Part shown: positions 27,670 to 38,317 of the stretch, one piece after another | Position numbering within the stretch: position 1 is the stretch's first letter | Layout of the letters: each line of letters begins with the position of its first letter | Assembly (NCBI GenBank): GCA_963693055.1 | Contig: OY843751.1 | Span: 3,648,001-3,712,000, forward strand | Reading direction: 5' to 3' | Source: a bacterium | GTDB lineage: Bacteria; Zhuqueibacterota; Zhuqueibacteria; Residuimicrobiales; Krinioviventaceae | Length of the DNA stretch: 64,000 nt | Program-made: the position numbers and the translations under genes | Notes under the pieces: model-generated | The model's database searches: none | What the model saw: only the letters and a program-made list of their open reading frames with translations | What the model was told of the DNA's origin: nothing

Positions 27670-29199
27670 ATGCATAATAACCTATATAAAGGCATTATGA
27701 TGAACCAGCTCACGCGTCGTAAATTCATAAAAATTCTCGGCAGCAGTGCAATGGCTGTGCCCTTTTCATGTTCATTATCATCAAAAAGCTTGAAAAACGA
27801 GAAACCCAACATATTGTTTATTGCAGTTGATGATCTTCGACCACAGCTCGGATGTTATGGAAATAACGAGATAATTTCTCCACACATTGACAGCCTTGCC
27901 AGCGAGAGTTTGGTATTTGATCATGCGTATTGTCAGCAGCCCATTTGTATGGCATCTCGGGCAAGTTTAATGAGCGGGTATCGACCTGATTTTAATAATA
28001 TCTATAATTGTGGCCCATTAACAGATCTTGTACCCAATGCATTAACTATCAATAAACATTTTGAAAATAATGGATACGCTATATGGGCATCGGGTAAAAT
28101 CTATCACTATGGTTCTGACCGAAAGCAGCAATTTGGTGACAGATATGTCAAACCCAAAGGAGACTGGCAGGGACGTGGGTATCTTGCAAACGAATCTATT
28201 GAAATAATTAAAGAATATCAAAATCAGGGCGGTCCCGGAGGTGGACGAGGTCCTGCTTTTGAAGCTCCGGATGTGCCGGATAATGCATATCATGACGGGA
28301 TTATGACAGAGATGGCCATTGAACAATTGCAGAAATTCAAAGACTCTGAAAATCCGTTTTTTATGGCACTGGGATTCAAAAAGCCGCATTTGCCATTCAA
28401 TGCACCCAAAAAATATTGGGACATGTATTCCGAACAGGATATCAAGCTTGCAGATAATCCGTTCTTACCAAAAAACGCTACAAAATATACTCCCTATAAT
28501 TTTGGAGAGTTGAGAAATTATTATGGAATCCCCAAAAATAGTGAACCTTTCTCCGACGATCTCAACAGAACATTGAAACATGGGTATTATGCTTGTGTCA
28601 CCTATATTGACACTCAAATTGGTATGGTTCTTACAGAGTTGGAAAAACTGAAATTACGGGAAAACACCATAATCATTCTTTGGGGAGATCATGGATGGAA
28701 ACTGGGTGAACATGGCATGTGGTGCAAGCACACCCCCTTTGAACTGGATTGCAGGGTGCCCATGATCATCAGTGTGCCGGGTAGCTCCTCTGCCGGCAAA
28801 CGTGTAACCTCTTTTGCTGAATTTGTGGACATCTATCCTACCTTGTGCGAATTGTGTGGTCTGGAATTACCAGAGCATTTACAGGGTGACAGTCTTGTTC
28901 CGGTAATCAAAAATCCGGACAAACCGGGTAAAGCGGCAGCATATACACAATGGCCCAAAAGCCACCGCACGGATCCTGAAAAAGTCATTACGGGGTACTC
29001 GGTTAAAACCAAATTCTATCGTTATACAGAATGGACCCGGAACAGTACCGGTGAGGTTTTAGCCAAAGAATTGTATAATCATGAGAACGATCCGGATGAA
29101 AATGTAAATATTGCAAACATTCAAGAGAATCAAGTGGTAGTTGCTCGTATGAGCAAGCTATTGGATGGCGGAAAAGGTTGGAAAAATAACAGACTGTAA
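27670..29199 (+). CDS. Cys-type (S1) sulfatase, iduronate/choline-sulfatase-like, Tat signal (start likely 27697/27700)
   Basis: TRRKFIK, PNILFIAVDDLRP, CMASRASLMSG, GKIYH, KPHLPF, GDHGW. Confidence 0.92.
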   Translation: MHNNLYKGIMMNQLTRRKFIKILGSSAMAVPFSCSLSSKSLKNEKPNILFIAVDDLRPQLGCYGNNEIISPHIDSLASESLVFDHAYCQQPICMASRASLMSGYRPDFNNIYNCGPLTDLVPNALTINKHFENNGYAIWASGKIYHYGSDRKQQFGDRYVKPKGDWQGRGYLANESIEIIKEYQNQGGPGGGRGPAFEAPDVPDNAYHDGIMTEMAIEQLQKFKDSENPFFMALGFKKPHLPFNAPKKYWDMYSEQDIKLADNPFLPKNATKYTPYNFGELRNYYGIPKNSEPFSDDLNRTLKHGYYACVTYIDTQIGMVLTELEKLKLRENTIIILWGDHGWKLGEHGMWCKHTPFELDCRVPMIISVPGSSSAGKRVTSFAEFVDIYPTLCELCGLELPEHLQGDSLVPVIKNPDKPGKAAAYTQWPKSHRTDPEKVITGYSVKTKFYRYTEWTRNSTGEVLAKELYNHENDPDENVNIANIQENQVVVARMSKLLDGGKGWKNNRL

Positions 29200-29217
29200 A
29201 GATTTAAAGAAAGATTT

Positions 29218-29880
29218 TTATAAAAACGGTTGATCAAATCTTTTATCAAATACACCATTTTTTTTGAGTTGATTGTCCCAGTAAAAATTGGCAAATCCCG
29301 TTTTTTGTAACAACTTGAACACCTGAATACGTCTTGCGGGCATCTTTTCCCAGGGTGTGAGTTGCTTTATTAGATCCTGGTCAAACGTATTATTTTGTGA
29401 AAAGTTCTCTCCCAGTTTGTAAAAGGTATTATATAATTTCTTGGTCATGGATGGTGGCATAATTTGGATACCCTCTACTCCGCCTTTGACAATTGTTCCC
29501 AAATAATCACACCCTAATCTTTTGGCAAGTTTCTCAAGGTATCTTTCAACATATCTTGAATGGATAGGTTCCGGAAATCCGGATTGCACAATAAATCCGA
29601 GTCGGGGATTATTTGCTCGCCCACATAACGGTTCAAGTGCATCAATAAAATATTTCACAATACCCGGCATTGCATCTGTATATAATGGAAATGCAATAAT
29701 AACGTTCTCGGCCTTTTCAAAAAGCTCTACATGTTGTTGAACATTTTTGGTATGTATGAGATAGGCAATACTAAACTCTTTGTCATTATTTTTGTTGAAT
29801 CCCTTTGTAAAATGATCCAATAAAATTGCTGTATTGCTGTTTTTCCCACGGGGAGACCCGTTAAATATTGTCAATTGCAT
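29218..29880 (-). CDS. NAD(P)H-dependent FMN reductase/flavodoxin-like protein
   Basis: FNGSPRGKNSNT, FPLYTDAMPG. Confidence 0.8.
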   Translation of the reverse strand: MQLTIFNGSPRGKNSNTAILLDHFTKGFNKNNDKEFSIAYLIHTKNVQQHVELFEKAENVIIAFPLYTDAMPGIVKYFIDALEPLCGRANNPRLGFIVQSGFPEPIHSRYVERYLEKLAKRLGCDYLGTIVKGGVEGIQIMPPSMTKKLYNTFYKLGENFSQNNTFDQDLIKQLTPWEKMPARRIQVFKLLQKTGFANFYWDNQLKKNGVFDKRFDQPFL

Positions 29881-30415
29881 ATATCATCTCCCCTATCTCT
29901 TGTTCTGTTGTTATAGTGAAAACCAGTTCTGATTTAAAATTCAAAGCAAGTCGTTTATAAATATCATTAATAATTTCAACATCCTCATCATCAGAATTTG
30001 CATCTTTATCAAGTAGCAAACCTAATCGGGGATAAGATTCGTAACGCTTGTGATGATGGCTTTCATTCTGAACAAATTCGATATAGGGATGAAGCAATGG
30101 AATTAGCTTGTCCTGAAGTCGCTTTAGTATAGCACTCGTAAATCCCATAATGATAGGCGATGCAAATAAAACAAAATCCGAATGAATGATTTTATGACAA
30201 ATATCATGAGAATCATCTGACACAAAACATTTTCCGGGGGTTTTGACCCAACAACTCCAACACCCAATACAATATTTTATACGTTTCTCTTCAAGCTTTA
30301 TATGTTCAAGCGTGTGATCACTATTATTCAATAAATCGACAATATTATTAAGATATTGATCTAATTTATTGTTATGATCCGTATTGCCATCAATTAATAG
30401 AATTTTCATTTTCAT
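29861..30415 (-). CDS. Iron-sulfur flavoprotein-like flavodoxin family protein
   Basis: CIGCWSCWVKTPGKC Cys motif, ASPIIMG. Confidence 0.8.
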   Translation of the reverse strand: MKMKILLIDGNTDHNNKLDQYLNNIVDLLNNSDHTLEHIKLEEKRIKYCIGCWSCWVKTPGKCFVSDDSHDICHKIIHSDFVLFASPIIMGFTSAILKRLQDKLIPLLHPYIEFVQNESHHHKRYESYPRLGLLLDKDANSDDEDVEIINDIYKRLALNFKSELVFTITTEQEIGEMIYAIDNI

Positions 30416-30632
30416 ACTCGTTATGTAACAAGAATAGTTGACAACTATTACAACCTGAAACTTTTAACCAGGAACTGTTAGATTTTACGATTCTATATGT
30501 TTTTTGTTACAATTTATTCTAAAATGAAATATCAGAAAAACATAAAAATAATACATTTTCATGTTGTTTATTACTCATAAATATCATTAATTAATATGTT
30601 ATAGAGAATGTATTCATCAAGAGGCACTCTTT

Positions 30633-32603
30633 ATGAAAAGATACGGTTTATTTTTCCTCATTCTGTTTATCCTCGCAAATCTGGTATATTCTCAAAACCT
30701 GAAAAACAACAACACGCTCAAGAGCAAATCCATTAGTCCCAATCTGTTTGGTATTTTCTTTGAAGACCTCAATTACGCGGCAGATGGCGGACTGTATGCA
30801 GAGCTGGTACAAAACCGGTCATTCGAGTATTCACCCAGTGATATAGACAACTGGCACGATGAAACAAACTGGCACCCGTTTACTGCCTGGCAGTTTATGA
30901 CAAAAGGTTTTGGCTATGGCACTATATCCTTAGAAACCAGGAATCCGGTACACCCCGACAATCCCCACTATATACAAATACACATAGAGGAAGCCGGGGC
31001 AAATGGTGTAGGCATTATGAACATGGGGTATAACGGCATGGTTATAAAATCGGGCGAGCAATACCGATTTTCGGTTTTCATAAACCAAATCTCAGACAAA
31101 CCCATCCCCCTTGTTGTTAAACTGGAAGATAAATCGGGTGAAACACTTGCAGAATCAAATTTTGCTACTGACAGTATGGTTTGGAAAAAATACGAGGTTT
31201 TGCTAACCGCAAACACCCGTTGTGATTCTGCACACCTGGTTTTACTGGCACAAGCACCTGGCAAACTTGATATAGACATGGTCTCACTATTTCCGCAAAA
31301 CACGTTTAAAAATCGTAAAAATGGCCTGCGCAAAGATTTAGCAGAAACCATTGCTGCATTGCAGCCTAAATTCATGCGATTCCCCGGAGGATGTCTGGTA
31401 CATGGTGATGGTCTTGAAAATATATACAAATGGAAAAATACAATAGGACCTGTAGAACAACGCAAAGAACAGCGAAATATTTGGCAATATCGTCAATCAG
31501 GTGGACTGGGGTATTTTGAGTATTTTCAATTCTGTGATGACATTGGTGCAATACCTATCCCTGTTATACCGGCTGCAGTGAGCTGCCAAAATTCAGGAGG
31601 TACCTGGCGAACCGGTAGCAACGGACAAAAATGCCTGCCTATGCAAGATATGGAATCATATATTCAGGATGTGTTGGATCTGATTGAATATGCTAATGGC
31701 CCTGCAACCTCTGACTGGGGCGCAAAACGTGCAAACGCTGGGCATCCTGCTCCATTTAATCTGAAATATCTGGGAATTGGCAATGAAGACAAGATCACAC
31801 CTGGATTCAAAGAACGCTTTGAAATGATATATAATGCCATAAAAAAAATACATCCAGAAATCACTGTCATTGGAACGGTTGGGCCTTTTTCTGCCGGCGA
31901 AGATTATGAAAATGGCTGGGCTTTTGCCAAAGAGCTAAAATTGGCAATGGTAGATGAGCACTATTACAATCATCCGGAATGGTTTCTAAATAATCAAAAT
32001 TATTATGATAAATACGACCGGATGATCAAAGTATATCTTGGCGAGTACGCATCAAAAGGCAATACGCTGTTTAATGCCTTATCAGAAGCTGCATATATGA
32101 CATCTTTGGAAAGAAATGGTGACCTGGTACAATTCGCATCTTATGCCCCGTTATTGGCGAATATAGATAATACACAATGGAATCCGGATTTGATTTATTT
32201 CAACAATACAACCGTATGCCCAACTATAAATTATTATGTTCAACAATTATTCTCAAAAAACAGTGGTAATGTTTATTATGATGAAATCATTACAACACCC
32301 GAATCACAGAATAACAACCGGATTGCTTACTCTTGTGTGGGTGATACTAGTACAAATGAAATCATTCTCAAGCTGGTAAATGCGGACAGTATATCTCGTA
32401 CATTTCAACTGGATATAACAAAATTTAAAAATTTATCAAATATTGCCTCCCAAACCATTCTTGCCGGTAAAGCTAAAGATAAAAATACATTCGAATCATC
32501 TAACACAGTAATTCCGCAAGTTTCCGAAATTACTATCAATCGTAACAAAAGTATCGTAACACCTGCCTATTCGCTGTATATAATAAGAATAAAGAGTCTC
32601 TGA
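30633..32603 (+). CDS. GH51 alpha-L-arabinofuranosidase
   Basis: GIFFEDLN.AADGGLYAELVQNRSFE, RFPGGC, GIGNE, GEYA, SYAPLL. Confidence 0.92.
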   Translation: MKRYGLFFLILFILANLVYSQNLKNNNTLKSKSISPNLFGIFFEDLNYAADGGLYAELVQNRSFEYSPSDIDNWHDETNWHPFTAWQFMTKGFGYGTISLETRNPVHPDNPHYIQIHIEEAGANGVGIMNMGYNGMVIKSGEQYRFSVFINQISDKPIPLVVKLEDKSGETLAESNFATDSMVWKKYEVLLTANTRCDSAHLVLLAQAPGKLDIDMVSLFPQNTFKNRKNGLRKDLAETIAALQPKFMRFPGGCLVHGDGLENIYKWKNTIGPVEQRKEQRNIWQYRQSGGLGYFEYFQFCDDIGAIPIPVIPAAVSCQNSGGTWRTGSNGQKCLPMQDMESYIQDVLDLIEYANGPATSDWGAKRANAGHPAPFNLKYLGIGNEDKITPGFKERFEMIYNAIKKIHPEITVIGTVGPFSAGEDYENGWAFAKELKLAMVDEHYYNHPEWFLNNQNYYDKYDRMIKVYLGEYASKGNTLFNALSEAAYMTSLERNGDLVQFASYAPLLANIDNTQWNPDLIYFNNTTVCPTINYYVQQLFSKNSGNVYYDEIITTPESQNNNRIAYSCVGDTSTNEIILKLVNADSISRTFQLDITKFKNLSNIASQTILAGKAKDKNTFESSNTVIPQVSEITINRNKSIVTPAYSLYIIRIKSL

Positions 32604-32850
32604 TCAACTAAAAACTAAATATCAGGTAATATGAGCAGCTATTGGGCGCCAATTCATTCACAAACGTAATAAAAGTTAAAAAAATATCAAGACTTTACAT
32701 ATGTATTTTTCCTTTAATGCTTATAAAAATATATATTTACAGGAATTTGGAATAATTATTGTTGTTTAGAAAATGTCAGTAATGATTCGATTTGTTTTTA
32801 AATTAAAACATTACTTGCAAATTTATTCGAGAGTTTAAAAAGGGCAGTTT

Positions 32851-35532
32851 ATGATTTTCAAATCATTAAAAACCAGAATGATAATCTCCATGACCGGTAT
32901 TGTTGTCATTTCATTAGCGATAACAACATTTTTCCTTATCCAGAGGACAAAGCACGAGTTAGCATTGGAAATTGAAGAAAACGCTAAAAATCTGATCAAG
33001 GCTACAACTAACCAAGTTGAATCTCAATACAATAGTATAGTATATCATAAAAATGCAATGCTTGAACGAAGAGAAAAAGAATTAAAAAACAATACTATCA
33101 TTGCATACACAATACTTACCAGCGCATACCAAGAATACATTGAAGGTATTCGCACAGAACAAAATGCAAAAGAACTAGCAATAAAATGTTTACGAGAACT
33201 GACGTATGATGATGGAGTTGGATATTTCTGGCTTAACAATACTCAACTTCCATACCCTAAAATGGTAATGCATCCAACAATGCCAGAACTAGATGGAACG
33301 GTTCTGGATGCTCCGCAATTTAATTGTGCCTTGGGTAAAAATGAAAATCTATTCAAAGCTGCAGTGGAAATGTGTATACAGAACAAAGACGGATATGTAG
33401 ATTATCTTTGGCCCAAACCCTTACCCGACAGTCTTTCAGAATTGCAACCCAAAATCTCATATGTCAAGTTGTTTGAACCTTGGGGATGGATTATTGGAAC
33501 TGGGGTCTATATTAATGATATTGAACAGGATGTTCAAGACAGGCTCAATGCAGTAATAGCAGATTTAAACGAAACAATGTTTAAACAAAAAATAGGAAAA
33601 AGTGGTTACTTTTTCATACAAGATGATAAAGATTTAATGATTGTTCACCCTTCTTTAGCTGGACAAAATATTTCACAAAAGATTGATCCCCTAACCGGAG
33701 AATATTTGTCAGAAAGAATAAAAAAAACCATATTGAATAATCAGGATTATATAGAATATTATTGGGACAAACCAGGATATGAAGGAAAATATAATTATTT
33801 GAAACGTGTCTATGTATCATATTTTGAACCTCTTGGTTGGTATATTTGTATTAGTGTATATAAGGAAGAAAATCAAGAAAGGATTACCGCACTTGTTCGA
33901 TCAATAATTCTCTTTGCTTTATTTTTTACCATTATAGCAATTTTCTTATCTCTATTGATCACCAAAAGTTTAAATAAACCGCTGAACAAGTTCATTGATA
34001 CCTTTAGTGAAACAGATAGTGATGGTATACCCATAAAGGAAATTCCTGAACCAGACATTTTAGAATTGAAAGTGCTGGCAAATACAACCAAGAATATGTT
34101 TAGCACAATCAGTAAATCTAGAAAAGCATTACGGATTAGTGAAACCAAGTTCAGGGCACTTGTAGAATCAACCAGTGACTGGATCTGGGAAGTGGACAGA
34201 AATGGTGTGTTCACTTATGCTAGTCCACAAATTTATAATATTTCCGGCTACACACCAGAAGAAGTCGTTTCACTGAAACCAATAGACTTTATGGATCCAG
34301 AAGAAGGAAAAAGAATTCAAGATTTGCTTGAAATCATTATGACAAATAAACATAATATAATTATGGAAGAAAATATTAGCAGACACAAAAATGGAAAAAT
34401 GATAATATATGAAACCAGTGGCGTACCCATTTTAGATGAAAATGGTGATGTTACAGGTTACAGAGCGGTATCGCGTGATATTACGGCAAGAAAAATATCT
34501 GAACAAGCATTAAAACAGGAACAAGAAATTACAGAAGCTGCTATCAACTCTCAAAAAGACACATTTTTCCTGTTTGAAACGGAAACTGGTAAAGCTATTC
34601 GCTGGAATCATGTATTTTCAGAAATTACCGGATACACCAATGAAGAGATTGCCAAAATGAAAGTTCCAGATGCATATTACAGCCAAAATGATCTTGAAAA
34701 ACTACCACCGATAGAGAAACATATATTAAAAAGTGGTACCGGCATAATAGAACTTGAGCTAATTTGCAAAGATGGAAGAAAAATACCGACAGAATATAAT
34801 ATTTCTGTAATAAGGGATGAAAACAATCAACCCAAGTATTTTGTATCCATAGGTAGAGACATTACTGAACGAAAATTAATTGAAGACAAGATTAAAAGAG
34901 ATCTGAAAGAAAAAGAGGTTATGCTGAGAGAGATCCACCATAGGGTAAAAAACAATCTTGCAGTCATAACCGGATTACTCTACCTGCAATCCAAAAGAAT
35001 TAAAAGCAAAAAAGAAGCTTTTTCAGCTTTCGAACAAAGTCGTAACCGTATTTTTTCCATGGCACTGGTGCACGAGCAGTTGTACCAATCTGGTAATTTC
35101 TCCCAAATTGATATGAAGCCCTATGTGGAAAAAATCACAAACGAACTTAGACAAATTATTTCATACGGTAATCAAATAGACTTGAATATCAACATTAATG
35201 ATGTCTATTTGGATATTAATCAGGCAGTACCTTGCGGCTTGATATTGAATGAATTAATTACAAATGCATATAAACATGCATTTCCCAGAAGAAAAAAGGG
35301 TGTAATTCTCATAACATTCAAACCTGTAAATGATGAGCAATACGAATTAACAGTAGAAGATGATGGGATTGGATTGGGTAAAGATATAGATGCAAATTCA
35401 AATGCAACATTGGGAATTCATCTGGTTGCCATGTTAACCAAACAAATAGATGGAAGTATAGATATAGAAAGAGATAACGGTACAAAATTCCTTATTAGAT
35501 TTAATGCAAAACAGGAAAAAGTTCAACTATAA
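32851..35532 (+). CDS. Cache-PAS-PAS histidine kinase (HisKA_2 type)
   Basis: 2 TM, Cache motifs (Y.WPKP, KISYV..FEPWGW), two PAS/PAC (RDIT.RK), EIHHRVKNNL, NELITNA, DDGIG. Confidence 0.92.
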   Translation: MIFKSLKTRMIISMTGIVVISLAITTFFLIQRTKHELALEIEENAKNLIKATTNQVESQYNSIVYHKNAMLERREKELKNNTIIAYTILTSAYQEYIEGIRTEQNAKELAIKCLRELTYDDGVGYFWLNNTQLPYPKMVMHPTMPELDGTVLDAPQFNCALGKNENLFKAAVEMCIQNKDGYVDYLWPKPLPDSLSELQPKISYVKLFEPWGWIIGTGVYINDIEQDVQDRLNAVIADLNETMFKQKIGKSGYFFIQDDKDLMIVHPSLAGQNISQKIDPLTGEYLSERIKKTILNNQDYIEYYWDKPGYEGKYNYLKRVYVSYFEPLGWYICISVYKEENQERITALVRSIILFALFFTIIAIFLSLLITKSLNKPLNKFIDTFSETDSDGIPIKEIPEPDILELKVLANTTKNMFSTISKSRKALRISETKFRALVESTSDWIWEVDRNGVFTYASPQIYNISGYTPEEVVSLKPIDFMDPEEGKRIQDLLEIIMTNKHNIIMEENISRHKNGKMIIYETSGVPILDENGDVTGYRAVSRDITARKISEQALKQEQEITEAAINSQKDTFFLFETETGKAIRWNHVFSEITGYTNEEIAKMKVPDAYYSQNDLEKLPPIEKHILKSGTGIIELELICKDGRKIPTEYNISVIRDENNQPKYFVSIGRDITERKLIEDKIKRDLKEKEVMLREIHHRVKNNLAVITGLLYLQSKRIKSKKEAFSAFEQSRNRIFSMALVHEQLYQSGNFSQIDMKPYVEKITNELRQIISYGNQIDLNININDVYLDINQAVPCGLILNELITNAYKHAFPRRKKGVILITFKPVNDEQYELTVEDDGIGLGKDIDANSNATLGIHLVAMLTKQIDGSIDIERDNGTKFLIRFNAKQEKVQL

Positions 35533-35558
35533 TTGAAGTGGTACCATCACAAATTTAT

Positions 35559-35595
35559 AAAATCCAAGGAAGAATATCTCCCTTGGATTTTTTTT
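35559..35595. terminator. Bidirectional terminator between convergent genes
   Basis: AAAATCCAAGG...CCTTGGATTTTTTTT. Confidence 0.65.
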
Positions 35596-35598
35596 ATT

Positions 35599-37185
35599 CT
35601 AATGCCCGTTAAAGAGAATATATAATCCAATCATTGTAGCAATTAAAAATATCCATGAGATCCAAACTTTACGTTCTGGTTTGGGCAAAACTCCATAATC
35701 AAGAATATTTTGATCATTTGCCGCGCCTTTTTTATCTGCCAGAGTTGTAATAAATGTAACAGCGGCCAGAATAACAAAAATATAAAAAGATAATTGTAAA
35801 AAGTGCGGCCAAAAAGCATATTGCTGTGAAGGAAAAACCCACAAATACAAAACACCAGTGCCCAGGCTGAAAATAGTTCCTCCAATCAATGCCAGGTTTG
35901 CGGCTTTGGTAGTTGTTTTTTTCCATAAAACACCAAACAAAAAGACAACTGACATGGGAGGCGCAATAAATCCCAAAATTGCCTGAAACACATCAAACAA
36001 TTTCAGTCCTTTAATACTATCAATTGCAAGTGTTAAAAAGATAGCGATAAAAGCACCTACCACAGTTACAATACGGCCAATACGGATAATTCTTTGCTGT
36101 GATGCCTCTTTATTATTTTTCAAATAGATATCCATTGTGAACACGGTACTGAGTGAATTGAGCGCGGAATCTATAGTACTCACCAAAGCAGCAATAAGAA
36201 CGGCCATAACCAGGCCGGTCATACCTGCCGGGAGTAACCGGGTAACCATGGTCATATATGCTTCATCAGGATCAGCAAGATTGGGGAACAAAACCAAACA
36301 CACAATACCCGGAATGATGAACAAAGCTACATCCAAAATCTTGAGCCATCCGGTAAAATTGGCACCCATCTGCCCCTGAGTGAGATTCTTTGCTCCCAAT
36401 ACCGACTGAACCATGGACTGATCTGTACACCAGAACCATACTCCCATAATGGGATACCCTAAAACAATAGCCAGCCAGGGATAATTGGGATCATCGGCTG
36501 GCAGCAAGAGATTCCAAAAGTGCGGCGGTGTTTGTTCATAGACTGCCATTATGCCACCGGCTTTCACCAACCCAACCACAGTCAGAATGAGTGAAACTAC
36601 AATCAGTAACGACATTTGAAAAACATTGGTATAGGCTACGGCTTTTAATCCGCCCGCTACGGTAAAAAATGCAGATATTGCAACCAGGATAATAACAGAT
36701 ACCCACATGGGCACAGCTAAAATTTGCCCTACCAATATTCCACCGGCAAACAGGGTCAACGATAGCCATGATATCAATATGGTTAACAAGGTATACCAGG
36801 CAAGTATGTTACGTGTGGACTGGCCAAAACGTTTTCCCATAAACTCGGGCAAGGTCTGTACATTGGCACCCAAATAACGGGGAGCAAAAACAACAGCCAG
36901 CAAAAAGATGAATACAAATGCATACCAGCCAAAGTTACCCGCAACAACACCGGTAGTATAACCAATACTGGCAGATGCAATCAACATTGAGGGCCCCACA
37001 TTGGTCCCCCACATGGTTAAACCAATACTTTTCCACCCCAGTGAATGCCCCGCCAGAAACAGATTTTCTTCCTTGTCTTTGTGCTTTATAAAGCTTACCC
37101 AATACCCAATAGCAATCAAAACTACCAGGTAAAGTCCCACAACCATAAAATCAATGGGTTTCAGATACGAGTGTATGTTTTCCAT
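35599..37185 (-). CDS. Sodium:solute symporter (SGLT-like sugar transporter)
   Basis: FLAG.SL.W, WFWCTDQSMVQ, LNSLSTVFTMD; many TM helices. Confidence 0.92.
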   Translation of the reverse strand: MENIHSYLKPIDFMVVGLYLVVLIAIGYWVSFIKHKDKEENLFLAGHSLGWKSIGLTMWGTNVGPSMLIASASIGYTTGVVAGNFGWYAFVFIFLLAVVFAPRYLGANVQTLPEFMGKRFGQSTRNILAWYTLLTILISWLSLTLFAGGILVGQILAVPMWVSVIILVAISAFFTVAGGLKAVAYTNVFQMSLLIVVSLILTVVGLVKAGGIMAVYEQTPPHFWNLLLPADDPNYPWLAIVLGYPIMGVWFWCTDQSMVQSVLGAKNLTQGQMGANFTGWLKILDVALFIIPGIVCLVLFPNLADPDEAYMTMVTRLLPAGMTGLVMAVLIAALVSTIDSALNSLSTVFTMDIYLKNNKEASQQRIIRIGRIVTVVGAFIAIFLTLAIDSIKGLKLFDVFQAILGFIAPPMSVVFLFGVLWKKTTTKAANLALIGGTIFSLGTGVLYLWVFPSQQYAFWPHFLQLSFYIFVILAAVTFITTLADKKGAANDQNILDYGVLPKPERKVWISWIFLIATMIGLYILFNGH

Positions 37186-37231
37186 GCCAATATTTCCTGT
37201 TTACATTTTCCCAACAACCTGTTCTTATAAT

Positions 37232-38305
37232 CTAGCGATATGCGTCTGCAATTTTCAAGGCTTTATCAATATCTGCTTCCGTACGAAAATGCATCAACAC
37301 CTGCAAGCCATCCGCACCCACATTATCCAACAAGGGTTCAAGTTCGTCCAGTTCTACCCAGCAAGGCATAATAGATTTTCCATGGGCCAAAATCTTTTTA
37401 TAAAGATCATACCAACGGGGATCCCCTCCCTGCGGTTCTCCTACTCCCGGGGTCCATTGTATTGCATTCAATTCATCTATTTCAAGCATGGCGTCCAAAT
37501 GACGTATAGCATCAACCCCGTCCAAATGATACAGGGTATAATCGATTTTTTGACATTGTTCACGCAAAAACGGCTGTGCAAAACGACGAAAATCCGTTTC
37601 CGAAATCATGGAAGAAATATCACATTGCAGTTTGCTTACCTTGCCCGGTGCCCAAAGTGAAAAATAACAAAAAGCCATTTCCCCATCTACCTGAATAATA
37701 TCATAAATGCGGTCAAATACATCAAAATAAACATCATTAATGGCCTGCATCTGCTGTTCAAGCACATCGGGACGCATAAGCATGTCAATGAGCACGGCCT
37801 GGTTTCCTTTAAGGCCTGCAAGTGTATCCAGATTTTCACACAAATCCGGGCATCCAACAAAATATTTATCATCTGACAATGCCCTGCACGCTATGAGCAG
37901 ATCAAGATGCACCTGCAGCCAACCGTTGTTTTCATCGAAAATAATATCATCACCAAAAGCTTTATTATGCCGGATCCAGATCGTATCAGGTGCGCCTTCC
38001 AATTCTGCGCCCAGAATCCCAGCCAAAGAGCCCGGTCCCAAATGGGTATTTGCAACCGGAAGAATATCTGCTTTTAACGAACTTTTTGACAAATAGTGAT
38101 GCAGGTATCGCGCTCGCCATTGGGGATCAAACCAGAACTGGTCCATATCTTTGGCTTCCGCTGGTTTGGGAACCTGTTCATGAGGTGCCCCCTCTTTATC
38201 CAAATGTTCCCACATGCTGATGAGAAGCCCCTTGCCCTGCCACCATTGTAAATATCGCTCCCGGGACTCGTCCCAGTTTGCTTTCCATGTTTTGATCATA
38301 ACCAT
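37232..38305 (-). CDS. UroD/MtaA-fold methyltransferase-like protein (corrinoid-system MT module)
   Basis: LGPGSLA, KLQCD.S.MIS...FRRF..P.L, YHLDG..A.RHLD, IQWTPG.GEP. Confidence 0.7.
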   Translation of the reverse strand: MVMIKTWKANWDESRERYLQWWQGKGLLISMWEHLDKEGAPHEQVPKPAEAKDMDQFWFDPQWRARYLHHYLSKSSLKADILPVANTHLGPGSLAGILGAELEGAPDTIWIRHNKAFGDDIIFDENNGWLQVHLDLLIACRALSDDKYFVGCPDLCENLDTLAGLKGNQAVLIDMLMRPDVLEQQMQAINDVYFDVFDRIYDIIQVDGEMAFCYFSLWAPGKVSKLQCDISSMISETDFRRFAQPFLREQCQKIDYTLYHLDGVDAIRHLDAMLEIDELNAIQWTPGVGEPQGGDPRWYDLYKKILAHGKSIMPCWVELDELEPLLDNVGADGLQVLMHFRTEADIDKALKIADAYR

Positions 38306-38317
38306 CCGATCATAGTA

